Below are positions 12,181-26,685 of a stretch of 64,000 nt of DNA, in pieces (positions within the stretch are counted from its first letter, which is position 1; every line of letters begins with the position of its first letter). The notes beneath the pieces are model-generated. The model was not told where the DNA came from, searched no databases, and worked only from the letters and a program-made list of their open reading frames with translations. The stretch is from the human T2T-CHM13v2.0 reference genome, Homo sapiens, in assembly GCF_009914755.1 (NCBI RefSeq), contig NC_060928.1. One strand, given 5' to 3'. A program made the position numbers and the translations under genes.

Positions 12181-13032
12181 ACTTATAAGGAATTATAATT
12201 CTGTTATTTTGATAGCTAAGTATTATCTTGTATATGTAAAACAGAAGTCCTATTGTTACTAAACCAAACTTGAGAACATATAATGTGAAGGTAGTAAGCT
12301 TCTACCAATATCCTTTAATTCTTTTTCTTTCATGATGTAACGTAGCATAATTACAAGAATGCTGAATTTTAGATATTAAAACAGTGGGTTCTGGTCTTCT
12401 CTTTTCTACTAATAAGACCTGTGACCTTGAGTGGAAATTCACTGAGGCTCTCTGGACCTCTCTTTTTTATTCCTAAAATGAAGGTGGAATGGTTAAATTG
12501 TGAGTCTAATGTACATTTTATTTCTACAATTCTACAGTTCTAAGATAACAGGCAATTTCATTGTTTTGAGTCTATTTCCTAGAATTTTGTGAAAGGCCTT
12601 TAGAAATAAACAGATTTTTCCAAGCTAAAGGAAGAAAAGATGTAGGAACACAGTAGACTGACAGAATCAAAAGACAGCAAAGATGAACAACTTCAGGAAA
12701 GGAGTGCTCATTTCCTGAAATGTAGAGAGCAATAAATAAAGTAATGGAAAAGCTCTCACTAAAACATGGAGCCAACATGGCTTGAAAATTCTTTAGCAGT
12801 GAGGTAAACTGGCTAATGGTAGTAGCATTAGGCTATGAACTAAGAATGCTATGCTGCAGTGCCTGCCATGTCATTTATTTGTGATTTTAGCTTCTTATTC
12901 AAATACACTGAGCCTCAACTTCCTCACTTGCTAAAAACAGGGAATAATAATGCTTTGAAACTGCAAATATATGTGTATAGTTGTTATGCATGTTACAATA
13001 GACACATTGTTTATAAGATATGAGTTCCTTAG

Positions 13033-13472
13033 TGTTGGAAGAGGCTATCCACCATGGACCCGGAGCATCCCTGAAATCATACTGGGTCTGCCACGAATGT
13101 GAGGCTCTGGACACTCTTTGCTCTCTATCCAGGCATTTTCTCAGGGCATCCTTGAGGAATGAAGTAACATCTCTCCCTGGGACAAAGAGCGAGCTTGCTC
13201 TAAAAGTGATAGACTCCCCAAGCTCACATCTCTCAACTCTAACACAAATCTACTATGTATGCAGCATCTACCTGAGCCCTCTATGTTGCTTCCAGTGGAC
13301 TTGGGGGAAACTGACATGGATGGAAAGCTCAGCCTACATGTTGTACTATAAGTAATAATGTTCTTGTCTCTAATGAGTCCTGACTGTGTCTTCTGCCTAT
13401 ACCCATGAAACTGGCAGCACTAACTTTTTAGCTTGTAAATATGGGGAAATTCCAGACCCTTCAGAGACCCTA
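13033..13472 (+). mobile_element. LTR40-like ERVL solo LTR inserted in a MIR
   Basis: gtgtcttctgcc...ccatgaaactggcagcactaactttttagcttgtaaat...cagacccttca matches the remembered LTR40 3' end. This explains ORF 13020..13355. Confidence 0.65.
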
Positions 13473-16400
13473 TGGAGAGGCTTAGTAAATGTATGATTGT
13501 TAGGTGAATGCAAATTAGTGTATTTCATATGTATTTCATTATCTTTTCTTGGTAGAATAATCACAGTTCTATATTTTCATCTAGAACCAGGAAGACAATT
13601 TGTGTGATGTTTGCAATCTTCCTTCTTCCAGTCCTCACAAATTGTCATCTGTTGCATAATTCACTGCACTATCATCAACAACCCACTCTGCCATCCACTC
13701 AACATTTCTGACAAATGCCAGTACTTCACCACCTTTCTTCTTTATCTTCACACAGTCAGAATGTTTCCCACGTTCAAGCTAAAGACTTACAGCTTTACTA
13801 CTAAGGTTCTTCTGATCCTGAGCTGATCCCAGATCTGCTACACTAATTGTAAAGCAAGTTATTGTAATGTTATCCAGCACCAAAATATAAAATATATTCT
13901 CCTAGTGGAAACTTTACAAGTTATACTTATATCCCTAATTGCACTTGAAATTGCTACAAGAAAACAAAGCTGAAAAGACTGTAAAATTGCTTAGGATCAT
14001 AGACAGGAACTTGAAGATTTAAGTGCCACCTCTACTATATTTTGTCAGAATGTAAATATAATTGCAGGTGCCTAGAAAAAAAAAAGACAAGTATACCAAT
14101 AAAAAAATCTTACATGCTGAATACTAGGAGAGCAATAGCACTTCTATTATAAACCATTATATGTGATAATTGCCTTTTGAGAAATAGGGATAAAGATATT
14201 ATCACTAACAGAAAGGCTTTAAAGAAATGCAAATTCCTGATTAGGATCATTTTCCAGTGAGGTAAACAGCTCTTTGTACATGATTATTTCTCTCCAGCTC
14301 TTAGCTTTCCTCACATTGTATACTACTGTTTGTTTTAGGTAATATATCTCAAACATCTTGACATACTTTCTCACCTTGCATTAGGAGTCATATTTTTTCT
14401 ATGCCTAAAACTAAGTCTACATGAAACGACAAAGGATGCTTGCCAAACTATAATATGTTGTTTGTCCTCAAATGAATTTGGCACTCTTTTTATTGTTTAT
14501 CTACATAAACTTGCCAATGGTATTAACAACCAGACAGAACAGGAATCTGACTCATTTGCAGCCAATTACAAAGCTCTAGGCTGTAAAGCTGACCAGTTTT
14601 TGTGACTCATTGCAAAATCAGAAATCAAGGTGAAATAGAGGATAGAACCTGGCCCCAATGCTAATTAAAACACTTTACTTCCCAGTATATCTGATGACAA
14701 AAACATGTGTCACAGTTGTTTCATAGCAGTTTATTAAGTAGTTAAAGTTTTATTAACTCTTTAAAGCCATAAGAAACACTAAACTCTAAAACCACATAAT
14801 GTACTTGGGTATCAACGTAGCTTGAACATGGTCACATAAAACTAGAACATTAGCTTTCAGATAAACTCCAGGTAAATGTATCATACTAAGCGTTAGATTC
14901 TCTGCCAAATGAAAGTAAGGTTTAAATACAAACTGTTGGTTGAAGAGAAATAAAGGAAGAGAGAACATGTAACCCACCTGTATTTCACAGAAAATTCTCT
15001 TTTTACCAAAGCACTTTGTGCCTGCTTTACCCTGATACAGGATCATCTGCTTTTCTGTATGAGCATATATACTCTTTTGAGTCTTTCAAGGGGTCATCAC
15101 TAATGTGTCTGGTATTTTATAGTTTATATTATGTTTTCACACAAAAATCTCATTTGATCCTCACAGCAATATAGTCAGCAGTTATTTTTATCATCAGCAC
15201 TTAACAACATAGGAAATGGAGGATCCAGTATATTAAATAATTTGGCCAAGATATTTCAGCAGGAGAACCAGACCTTGGTGTTTGATCTTTAGTCCCTAAA
15301 TCCCAGATTCTTTCTAAGTAGATGCAGTGATTTTATTAAGTGTGGCACATTTAATTAGATTCCCATTATCATCCAGGAACAAACCATCATTCTGGACTAT
15401 GTTCACAGCATGGATGCACAAATGCAAAGTCTTGTTACTCATCCTCTCCAGCCACAGAAGCTGCTCCTGCAAGGAGTGCAAACATTTTCTCCTGGAAGGA
15501 ATGTTTACTTCAGGGCAACTAACACAGGAACAAGTCTAGGAAGATATAAAATTCACTACAGTTTCAAGAAAGTAAAGCTTGCAGGCCAACCAAAAAGGGA
15601 GTGCAACCTCTTATAACAGTGAAAATCAACTCTTTGAGAGTAACATTCTGTTTTCAAGGGAAAGAATGATCCAAATTTAATGTCTGGACTATTAAATTAT
15701 CTGTAGGAAATAAATGACTAGAAAAGTTATACACTCATTTGATTTTATTGCTGATGTCATAAAACTCTTTCTAAATGTAATTATGCCCTATAAGTAAATA
15801 AAATCAGTTGTAAGAGGCAGCTCTGAGCAAATTAGGGTTCTAGTTATTATCTTCTTTCTTAAATAAGGCAAAAGCACTGTGTACAAATTAAAATCAGGCT
15901 TCACTTAAAAGCCAGGCAAAGAAATGCCTTGCAAGTTGTAAACCCAAGGCCCAGCATTGGGTCCTAGAATTCTAAATGTATAGTGTCTATTCACTTCTAA
16001 CTATTCACAGAACAATTTTATCTAAGAAACTGTCTAGGAGCTCCAAAACAAACTTTATAGCCATTTTGGACAATTCATCGTTGTTGGCCCAGCAAAGTAA
16101 TCATGCCCTCACCTTCTTTATAGAAACAGGCAATCCATGCCCATATTCTTGTTGCTCCTCCCATTCAAGAAAACCATCTGTGCTCCCATTAATAAATGTG
16201 GTATTGTTAGAAAGACTCTCCAGGTAGACGTAGGAACCGTCACTATTTTCTCAATAAAAAAGTGACTGACAAAGCTCATCCCAAAGCTAATATTCTAACC
16301 TTTAAAATATCTGTATAACACTAGCTCTCTATTTATTTTTACTAGCAAAACTATATTTGTTTCCTGGAATTTCTTGAGCTCTCCAATCTATAGCACAATA

Positions 16401-16964
16401 CACTTAGGTGCCATTTCTTTTCTGGTGAAGTTTCTGAAATTCATCAGGTCTTTGTAGCTTTGGTCAGAGAGGAAAGTGGAGGGAGTAGCAGTAGTCCAAT
16501 ATTTCACTACTAACCCATACAAGAAATCAGAGCTGAATCACTTAGCCATAACCACTCTCCGGCATTTTTTGTCTTCATCCATAGAACACATCTGTGAGGA
16601 CCTGCTGAAAATGACACAGACACTTGGGGACATCTTTGGAAGAAGCAGGAAAGTACTCAATTGCTACAGGATATAACTGGCAATAGGATAATTTATTATC
16701 TAAGAATAATGTTGGGCACTTTAAATGCCACCTTTCTTCTGAAAGCTTATAGTTCTTCATGAAAATAAAAGTTTTTCCAAGCAGCTAAGGCTAGATCAGT
16801 TTTATAAGGCATACTGAGATGCTAAGAAGAAAAGCAACTTGCTCAAGGTTATACAATAATTTGGAAAAAGACTAAGAGTCACTTCCATACTCCCAAGGCA
16901 CTTGAGAGACCCTCATTCCTCCACATACCCCAGTTACTCAAGAAAGAGGATGTAGCACACTGTA

Positions 16965-17180
16965 TGAATTAAATGAGCGAAAGCTTTAGATTCAGAAAGA
17001 CTAAATTCAGATTCAAATCCTGGTTCTGCCATTTACTATTTATTGGTGACAATTTCAGCATGTCTCTGAGTCTGAGTTTTCCTGTCTGTAAAATCCAACT
17101 AATAATATGCAAATCTTGCAAGATTTTGATAATGCATGGCTTAATATACTGACTGATAAGTAGGAGATACTCAATACAGG
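16965..17180 (+). mobile_element. MIR SINE
   Basis: ttcaaatcctggttctgccatttacta...ctctgagtctgagttttcctgtctgtaaaat. Confidence 0.7.
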
Positions 17181-17979
17181 CCAACTTTTTTTAGCTGCTC
17201 TGTCCTATTCTCTATAAATTGGCTTTCAATAAAGCAGTGGAAGCATTTTTGGGTTTTTAAAACCAAAAACCAGTTTGCAGAGATATAAGCACATTTTTGA
17301 ACTTTCATAAAATAAAAAAGCAAAGGTCATTTGCTTACAGAGCTACAACCAGCTATTCCAGTCTATTTTTGAAAGCTACTTAAAGGCCATACTTAGCAGT
17401 TGAGTATAGTTGGACACCAGAAACTTTGGCAGAAACTACCATCAACTCAGTCACATTGGTAGTACTTATGAGCACCTGTTAAATGTGATGATAGCATGTT
17501 ATATGTCTTTGTGAATGCCTCTACAGTAAGCATATAAAACGCTTTTTTGATCCATCTTCACTAAGTATATTCAGAGTACTCACTGGGCTTCTGGAATAGT
17601 TTAAAATATAAAGTGTCTCTAAAATAATGTTTTGATTCATTAACTGCAATGGGACCAAAACCAGAAGGATTTGGCAGCAGGCTTGTTCCCCTGGTTCTTA
17701 GGCTGCTTCAGAGCAGTGCCAGCTTAGAGAAGGGATGATCAATGTCTCACATTCCACACTTTAGGCACTAATAGATCCTTGGCTCCAGGATTCCAGGGTT
17801 CAGAGGGAATGCCAGAACACACATGCTGTGACAGAATCATTTTGGAAGCATTCATGCAGGCCAGAGAAATTAATAACTACCTTGGGCACTGACTTGCTCA
17901 GGCAACAGCTGTTTTGCACCGGACAGTGATTAGGATTGATCTCTTTATCCTGTGCAGATACTGTCATACTGTCAATGTT

Positions 17980-18019
17980 CACACACACACACACACACAC
18001 ACAACACACATACACACAC
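17980..18019 (+). repeat. Imperfect (CA)n microsatellite
   Basis: Direct reading. Confidence 0.9.
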
Positions 18020-18759
18020 AGTCTTCTGATATAACTCAGGGATCAGCATAACAGAAGTACCCCCTCCATGGTACATAGATCAGTTTGAAAAACCACCTGG
18101 CTTGCTTAAACCTGGCTAGCAATTTACACTTACGCTCATATATTCACTTCACTTCATTATGCAACAAGCATTTATAAAATATATTTAAAATTCTCAAGAA
18201 GCCTACTGTTTTCCTATTTAACCACTGAGGATGGAAATACAAACAAGACTGGTAAGGTCTCTGCCTTCTAAAGGCTTACTTTCTAGCATAGAGTACAGAT
18301 TAGTACATAGACAAACCAATCTGATGGAAGGTGTTTTTCAGGAGTACTTAATACCTCTCCAGAATGGTAATAAGAATATTGAATTCTGCCCCCAGTCATT
18401 TTGGAAGATTGTTCATGTCTCAGGAGGCTACTTTCCAAGAAATCCATGTCCCTGGAGTAGAGGACTATAATGAACATTTCTTATTTTTAAAATATTTGGC
18501 CTGAAAAATAACTTGCCCTCATATGTTCTGGTACAAATTAACTGCCTAGGTCAGGATACAAATAAGGGGCCTTATCAGGAGAAAATGTCAAAAAGTTTAT
18601 AAAGATCCTGGCTAGCCAAGACTTGCTAATAGTAATGTTCACTAGCAAAATAACTAATATCAGATGATTAATAATCTAGATGATAATAGGATTTTCTACT
18701 GAAGTCCTACTAAAACAAAATATTAAAACATAGAGGCTACTTGAAACAACACTGCTGCT

Positions 18760-20150
18760 TGATGAGCTCATTCTGAAGCATCCCACTTTCCAATCACCAC
18801 TTTCTCCTTTCTTCGGGTTATTCCCTATCACCAACAACGCTGGACCCCCTACCAGGCCCTGTGATTCATCGATACTACCACCTTTTTACCCTCCCTTGCC
18901 ACCTTCACACCTCAGGCAGCTTAAATTCCAAGGTCAATCCTTATGAACACTCCTCTCACAGGCTGATTTTGTTGCCTCCCTCTTATTTTGTCATCTTGTT
19001 TGAGAAAACACAAAGCCCTAGTTAAATGTCTTTCTATCCACCCTGTGGTGTTTGTACTCTGCATAATTAATGTGATGGGAGAAAACAAAACCATGACTGG
19101 TCTCATATAACACTAACACTAACCCAAGTGGACATTACTGTTATCCAGTAATCATCCTCCACTTCTCAGTCCATTCACTCTCCCGTCTGTATTTCATATT
19201 TTCTCTCTTTAAACCTCTAACACTTCCCCCTGCCCTTACTTTCAGCTGCTTTTTTTGCTTCCTATTTCATTGAGAAACTAGAAGCAATCAGAAGAGAACT
19301 TCTAAAGCCTGTGTCCTGAGAGTATCTGTTCCCATACACTCCATGTGCCCTCTCATTACTACAGGTGAAAATATTTTACATTCCCATCTAAGGCCCAACC
19401 CCTGTACTTATATTACAACAGCTCTCATCCACTCTCATCTTCTTATAGATACTGTTCCAGCAATTCTTCCTTTTTCTTCCTTCACTGGTGATTTTCCCTC
19501 TCCTCCTAATTGTTTCTATCAGTATAAAAATATATTGACATTTCTCCCATCTTAAATAAGGGGAAAAAAGAAGTGCTCTCTCTTGATCTCACCTCCCCCA
19601 ACAGTCACCTAATTTCTGTGTTCTTCATAACTATTTGCAATAGTTATCCATATTTATCTAATTTCTCTCCCTCAATTCTCTTTTGAATTGATCACGCTAC
19701 TAAAATAGTAGGTGTCAAGGTCATCGTTGACCTCCACAGTGCTAACCCCAATGTCAATTTTAAGTCTTTGTCTTCCTTGATCTGTAAGCAGAATCTAACA
19801 CAGTAGATCCAACACTCTCTGCTCCTGGGAAGACAATCTTCACTCAGTATCCTGCACATCTCAGTCTCCCATTTTTTGTTTTTTCTTCCTCACTTGCTGC
19901 TCCTTCTCAGTCTCTTTGTTAGTTTCTCCTTATTTCCCTAAAATCTAAATACTCCACAGCTTACTACTCAGACTTCTCTAACTCCCTCCCATGATTATAT
20001 CATAGTCTCATGGCATTAACTACCATCTATAAACTGAGGTATCTCAGGTTGATAACTGATACTGGTCCTTTCCCATGAACTCCAAATCCAGATATCCAAC
20101 TCTCTATTCAATATCTCCATCTAGATATCTAACAAACATTTCAGACTTTA
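18760..20150 (+). mobile_element. L2 LINE body, continuing at about 22309-22470
   Basis: gtcaaggtcatcgttgacctccacagtgcta and gtctcatggcattaactaccatctata. It resumes as tgtctaaagctgaac after the nested insertions. Confidence 0.7.
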
Positions 20151-20152
20151 TA

Positions 20153-20713
20153 TAGTAGTACTCCCTTATCTGAGGGTGGATACATTGAAGACCCCTAGTG
20201 GATGCCTGAAACTGTGGGTAGTACCAAATCCTATATGTACCATGTTTGTTCCTATACATACATACATACCTATGATAAAATTTATTTACACATTAGGCAC
20301 AGTAAAAGATTAACAACAATAATAAAATAGAATAATTATAATAATATGCCAGCATCGCTACTCTTGCATTTTGGGACCATTATTAAATAAGGCAAGGGTT
20401 ACTTGAATACAAGTACTGCAATATGGCAACAACCAAGCTGATAACCAAGACAGCTACTAAGTGATTAAATGGATGGGGCACATATATAGTGTGGATATGC
20501 TGGAGACAGGGAGGATTCTTATCCTGGGTGGGATTAATTGGTATGGGGCAAGATTTCATCTCCCTACTCAGAAGGATGTATAATTTAAAACTTATGAATT
20601 GTTTATTTCTGGAATTTCCCATTTAATACTTTCAGACCACAGTTAACTTCACGTAACTAAAAGTTCAGAAAGTGAAACCACAGAAAACAAAACCATGGAT
20701 AAGGAGAGACTAC
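20153..20713 (-). mobile_element. MER44B-like (Tigger7-derived) TcMar DNA transposon
   Basis: TIRs tagtagtactcccttatc and gataaggagagactac(tg), preceded by TA; internal ttatgaattgtttatttctggaatttccc. Confidence 0.8.
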
Positions 20714-22300
20714 TGTCATGGGATCCTTGGGGCATCACTTCACCAGCCAGAAACCTCTGTGGCTGGTGGTGCCTTTGCCTGAGTTTTGCTGGGGCCTGCT
20801 GTGCTAAGTCCACCTGCTTGGCCTGACAGGCTGTGCTCAGCTCACATTACTGGCCCAGATCCCATGCCTGCCAAGGGTGAGCCAGGCATGGAGTGGCAAG
20901 GGGTGCATGAATTAGCGAGCACAGGGTTCAGCCACTGCATACAGTCAGTAATGCTGGCTGTGGAGGGGTGGCCAGCTCCCAGCACCAACTCCTGCAAGGC
21001 TGCAGCTATACCAGGCATACTGCAAGCAGCTTCCACTGCTTCCACCAGGGAACATAGTAACCCCTGGAATCTTGGAGATGCCAGGAATCACAGAGCCCCA
21101 AAGAGAGTGTCACAGTCCTGGCTTGGGGAGCTCCTAGGTCTGGGCTCCCTGAAGGACCGCTGCTCTTCTCTCCTTTCCTCTTCTCTCCTTCTCATGGCCT
21201 GCAACACGGTGAGCAAGGGGCGTGTTTCAGCCCTGTTTGTGTTACAGCTCTTTCAGTCCTGCCATCTGGTGGGTCCGGAGTTCTTGTCCCATGTCCAGGA
21301 AGAATGAGGTATGTGGACAACTGGAGGGTGAGGTGAAGAGGTGCTTTATTGAGCAACAGTACAGCTCTCAGGAGACCCGAAGTGGGTAGCTTCTTTCTGC
21401 AGGCAGGTCGGCCAGACATTTGCTCACCTCTCAGCTCCGCAGATTCCTCTCCACAGGCAGGTCATCCCAACATCAATGTCTCTGCAGCCCTCAGGGGAGA
21501 TGAGACCAGTAGTGGGTGGCTCTTATCTGCAGATAGGTCTTCCTGTCCTCTGTCCAAGTCTGGCTGAGTCCTGGGGAGAAAGTGCTTACTGATTGGTCTA
21601 TGGGTGGGCCATGGGCGGACCCAGAAAAAGCACCATAGGTTCTCACTCTAGTCCACAGAACTGGCAGCCCAGCCCCAGGCTTCAGGCCATCCCCAGCTCG
21701 AAGGTGAGGCTTCACTGGGATCTGCCCCTTTCTGCCCAGGAGCCTGTCTGCCTCCTGCTGCCATCAACCTGCCATCTACAGCACCCACAGCACCCAAGCT
21801 GTTCATGCCAAGGGGTACCTCCAGTCCCACACCGAGCTGCCTTCAGCAACCCCCTTGGCCTCCGTCCCATGCTTGTTGGTGCCCAAAGTTTGGAGGAGGC
21901 CAAGACGGCAGGAGGCTGGCACGTCAGCACAGCCCTGAGCATGTGCACACTTGGCTGGGTCGTGACAGTGCCGGGGCTTGGCCACAACTTTGCTCCAAAA
22001 TTGGAGTGAGGACTGAGAGTTGGGAGAGGCCAGCCAGCAGGAACAGGCATTTCTGAGCCTGTGGGGGCAGGTGGAGCCTCCCAGGCCCCCAAGAGAGCAG
22101 AGATGTCCAGGTCCGCTGTTGCAGCTAGGCAGCTGCAGCTGCGCCAAAGAAGGCAAGATCCTCCAACGCGGAAGAGGGCGGGGCTCACACCTGTTTTCTG
22201 TTCCCTGCGGCTCCATGGAGCACGTTGCCCCAGCCAAGCCTGCCCGGCTGCAGCCGGCATCTTTGCAGCAGCCGCTCCAGATGGGCTGCTGCTGCCATTG
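20714..22300 (-). mobile_element. MER52A-like ERV1 solo LTR (about 1.6 kb, GC-rich)
   Basis: Ends tgtcatgggatccttgggg...gaaacctctgtggc and ccagatgggctgctgctgccattg. TSD ctac/ctat. Minus-strand AATAAA at 21345-21350. It accounts for the cluster of overlapping ORFs at 20786-22409. Confidence 0.8.
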
Positions 22301-22471
22301 CTATTGTATGTCTAAAGCTGAACAATAGTTCATACCCATCAAACCTGTTCTTCACAAAGACTTCCCCAGTTTGGTAAATGACAACCCCATCCACAGTACA
22401 TAAAGGCAAAAGCTTGGAGTCATCTTCCTCTCACATCCAAGTAACCAATTCATCAGAAAATCCTTTAGGTT

Positions 22472-23098
22472 CTTTGGAAAGGAGAGAAGGGCTGGAAATT
22501 GAGTTAATAATCAATCATGCCTACGTGATGAAGCCTCCACAAAAATCCCTGAACTATGGGAGTTTGGAGAGCTTCCAGGTTGGCAAGCACACTATGTGCC
22601 AGGAGGATGGCACATCCCAACTTTACAGCAACAGCTCCTGAGCTCAGGACCCATCCAGACCTCACTCTATGTATCTCTTCACCTGGCTGTTCATTTACAT
22701 CTTTTATTATATCCTTTATCAACAAATTGGTAAACTTAGGTAAGGTGTTTCCCTGCATTCTGTGAGCTGAGAAAATTCATCAAACTGAGTTGGGAGTTGT
22801 GGAAACCCCAATTTATAGCCAGTTGTTGAGAAATTCTAGATGCTCATACTTGAGAATAGCATCTGAAGTGACGGGCAGTTTGAGGACTAAGCCCTCAACC
22901 TATGGGATCTGATGCTACCTCCAGGTACATAGTGTCAGATTTGAATTGAATTGGAAGACACCAAGCTGGTGTCCACTGGAGAACTGCTTGGTGTGTGAGG
23001 AGAAATTCCCATACGTTTTGGTGACCAGAGGACACAGAATTATTCTGTGTTGTGGTTAGCAGAGGATAGAAGAAACACACTTTGTTTTTCCCTTTATA
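22472..23098 (+). mobile_element. MER21-family ERVL LTR, 5' part missing
   Basis: aatcaatcatgcctacgtgatgaagcctcc...gggatctgatgctacctccaggt...gtgtcagatttgaattgaattgg. Confidence 0.8.
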
Positions 23099-24199
23099 GC
23101 TGAGAAATCCGTTTCAAAATTAGTAAAATATAATTCCATTATTTTAACTTCTTTTATATAAATATACATCAATTTCAGCACACTATTATCCCACAAAGAA
23201 AACTAAAATCTTAATAAGTTCAGCCTCAAATGTTTAAAGTTAACTTTGCTTGATTTACTAATTAGCATTTAATAATAAGAATTGAGCCTGAAAAAGGTTA
23301 AAGTAATACAAATGTTAATGGGTGAGGTTGACCAACTTACACAGAGTATGGCAAAAATAATTATGGGTCCCTTGGCTACATATAAATTACTGATACAGAA
23401 AGTATTTCATGGCATAGACTTTTAATGTCCTAACGGGCCTAACACTGCTAGGAGGCAATGCATGTGCCACTCAATAAAAGACTTAATTACTTTAATAACC
23501 GGTTTATGGTTGTCCCTTTCCTAAACCCTCCAAAAGGTACGTAAACCTCATGCTATTGGCAAATCCCCGGTGCCTACAAGTAGTTAGTAACATGGTGGCC
23601 TCTGATGATAGGAATTTGTATCCATGGGGAGTATATTTATGCCCTTTCTCTTAGTTCAGACAAAGAAGACTGGCTAGACAGAGAGGTTCATGGCTTTGGT
23701 GAGAGTAAAAGGCCCTCCTGCCTACAACTGGAAGGGTAAGTTTAATCCTGGGAGAGGATCAACAAACCATGGAATCACTTATTTAAAGCCATATTCTCTA
23801 ATCAACTTCCACCATAATAAAATAAACATTTGATCTTCATTTGCTCCATTCCTGTGTCTTACTTCTCAATTCAAGTGGTTCCAAACTCAGAAGGAAAAAG
23901 GTGGTGCTACCATAACTCTGATTCCTACCCTCCCCTCAAAAACCCTGAAATATGTATTTTTTTAAGCAAGAGAGAAGAAAAGTAATGTCTGCTAAACTGA
24001 AAGTTCCATGAGGGCACAGACCATGGTACACAGTATCTGGTTCAAGTAGGAGTTTAATATAGCTGCTGAATAAATACATGAATGAAGAGACAAAAGTTGA
24101 AACAATTAGCCTATTGATCACACTTCTATACTCCTTTTGACAAGGAAATTATTTTAGAAAAATGATGTCTAGAATTGAAATGTACTTTCAGAAGTATAC

Positions 24200-25003
<804 letters not shown>

Positions 25004-26685
25004 AAGAAAGGTGTTTCCATTAGACCTCCAGTGACTACCAACAGAAAACTAAATTATCTGAAACAAATATAAGAAACTACCAAGTGATAAAGCTGGGATT
25101 TGAGCCTGGGAAGTTGAAATCCCATGCTCTGAGACACTAAACCATCTATCTGCCTTCTCAAAAGGGAGGAATTCACTGATTCACATAAACTGGAAAGTCC
25201 AGCTAAAGTTTATCTTCAGCAATGCTTGATTCAGAGATATAAACAATGTCATCAGTACTTCATCTCCCTCCACCATTCAGCTCTTTCTTCCATGTTGGCT
25301 TTATTCCAGAATTTCACACTGTCTTCTGTGACCTCCAAGCTCACATCATCCTTGTTGGATTAAGCCCCATCACTCAACCCATCACTGTGGCCAAGAGAAT
25401 AATCTAATACCATTGGCTATGCCTGAATCACAAGCCCAAAGCTGACAGGTGACATAACAGTCCTACCCAAACTGCATGAACTCCAAGTAGAGGAGTATTT
25501 TTCCAAATCAGACTGAAATCTTGTTACCAGTTCTAAGGTTAAAGAATACCGAGAAGCCAAAACCAACACATGTTCACTGAGGAGGGTCTGCACTACAAAT
25601 AGAAAACCATTTCTAGAAAGCTACTGCTCTCATTTCACTTCCTCAGAAGAGGTGGTATTATTTACACCCACATAAAGCTGACAGAATGACCCTGGGCCAC
25701 TGTAAAACATTTGACTAACCTCTTAATTCTCTGCCTGTGTTCTTTGTCAAGTACAAAACATTGAACAAACATGTTCTAATGTTCCAAAACATGTGCTTAA
25801 TCAGAAAACCTCTGCAAGTCACCACTCTATTCTAAGATTTTTTTTATTCCTGAATTTCCCCTCTGGGCCAATAATATCAGAGTTAGCAGAAGAAAAATGG
25901 TAAAAAAGAATGTGTTTCAATTGCTTCTAAATCCTTATAATGTTTTAATATCTTTTCTATTTATAACATACTATTAATTCTATGTATTCATAGTTTTATT
26001 CAATTATATTAATTCATATTTAAGATGCTATTAACTTCATTAAAAGTTAGTGAACTTTGTGGCTACTTCACTGCAGGAAACCAAGTTGCTCAGAAGCAAC
26101 AAGTCTCCTGTCTTACTCTGAGTCCTCATCTTGCATCTTTCTATTTCGGAGCTTACCAGGTCAGTATAAAAAGAGAAAAAGTGTAAAGAAGAAAGGAGCA
26201 TGTTCAAGACATTTGTCATTCAGATATGAATTATAATTCTATTCATGTGCTAATTTAAGAATTCTGTTTAGGTTCTTTCTGCAAGAGCATTCAAAAGGGC
26301 AAGCAAAAGAAAATTCCTGACAAGAAATGAGAAGAAATACAGCAATCTAAACCAGGAAGAAATGAAGAAAAGTAGAAGCATTTGCAAAATTCTCCGTGTG
26401 ATAATCTCTCAAGAGATTATCTCAAACTTATTCTCTCATTTAGAAATTTCACAATAAGGATCTGTTTTTATGCATGGAGAGATATTAGTATGTTTCAAAT
26501 TCCAAGACTTCAAATCAAATTATTCTGTGACACCAAACTCAGCATAATTTTCCATCTCATTGAAAACAATCTCTAGTTTCCACTTTTTTTATAAATTGTT
26601 ATGGCTCCTAGTCTTAAATTCTTCCGAGTAATTTTGTAGGAATGAGTAAAAACATTTTAGCATGTTTGCTGCATGTTTGTATGTA

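Noticed and set aside
20786-22409. Dense cluster of long overlapping ORFs (up to 182 aa) on both strands
   Set aside because: They lie within or overlap the GC-rich MER52A-like LTR, where stop codons are rare. There is no recognisable domain or splice structure.
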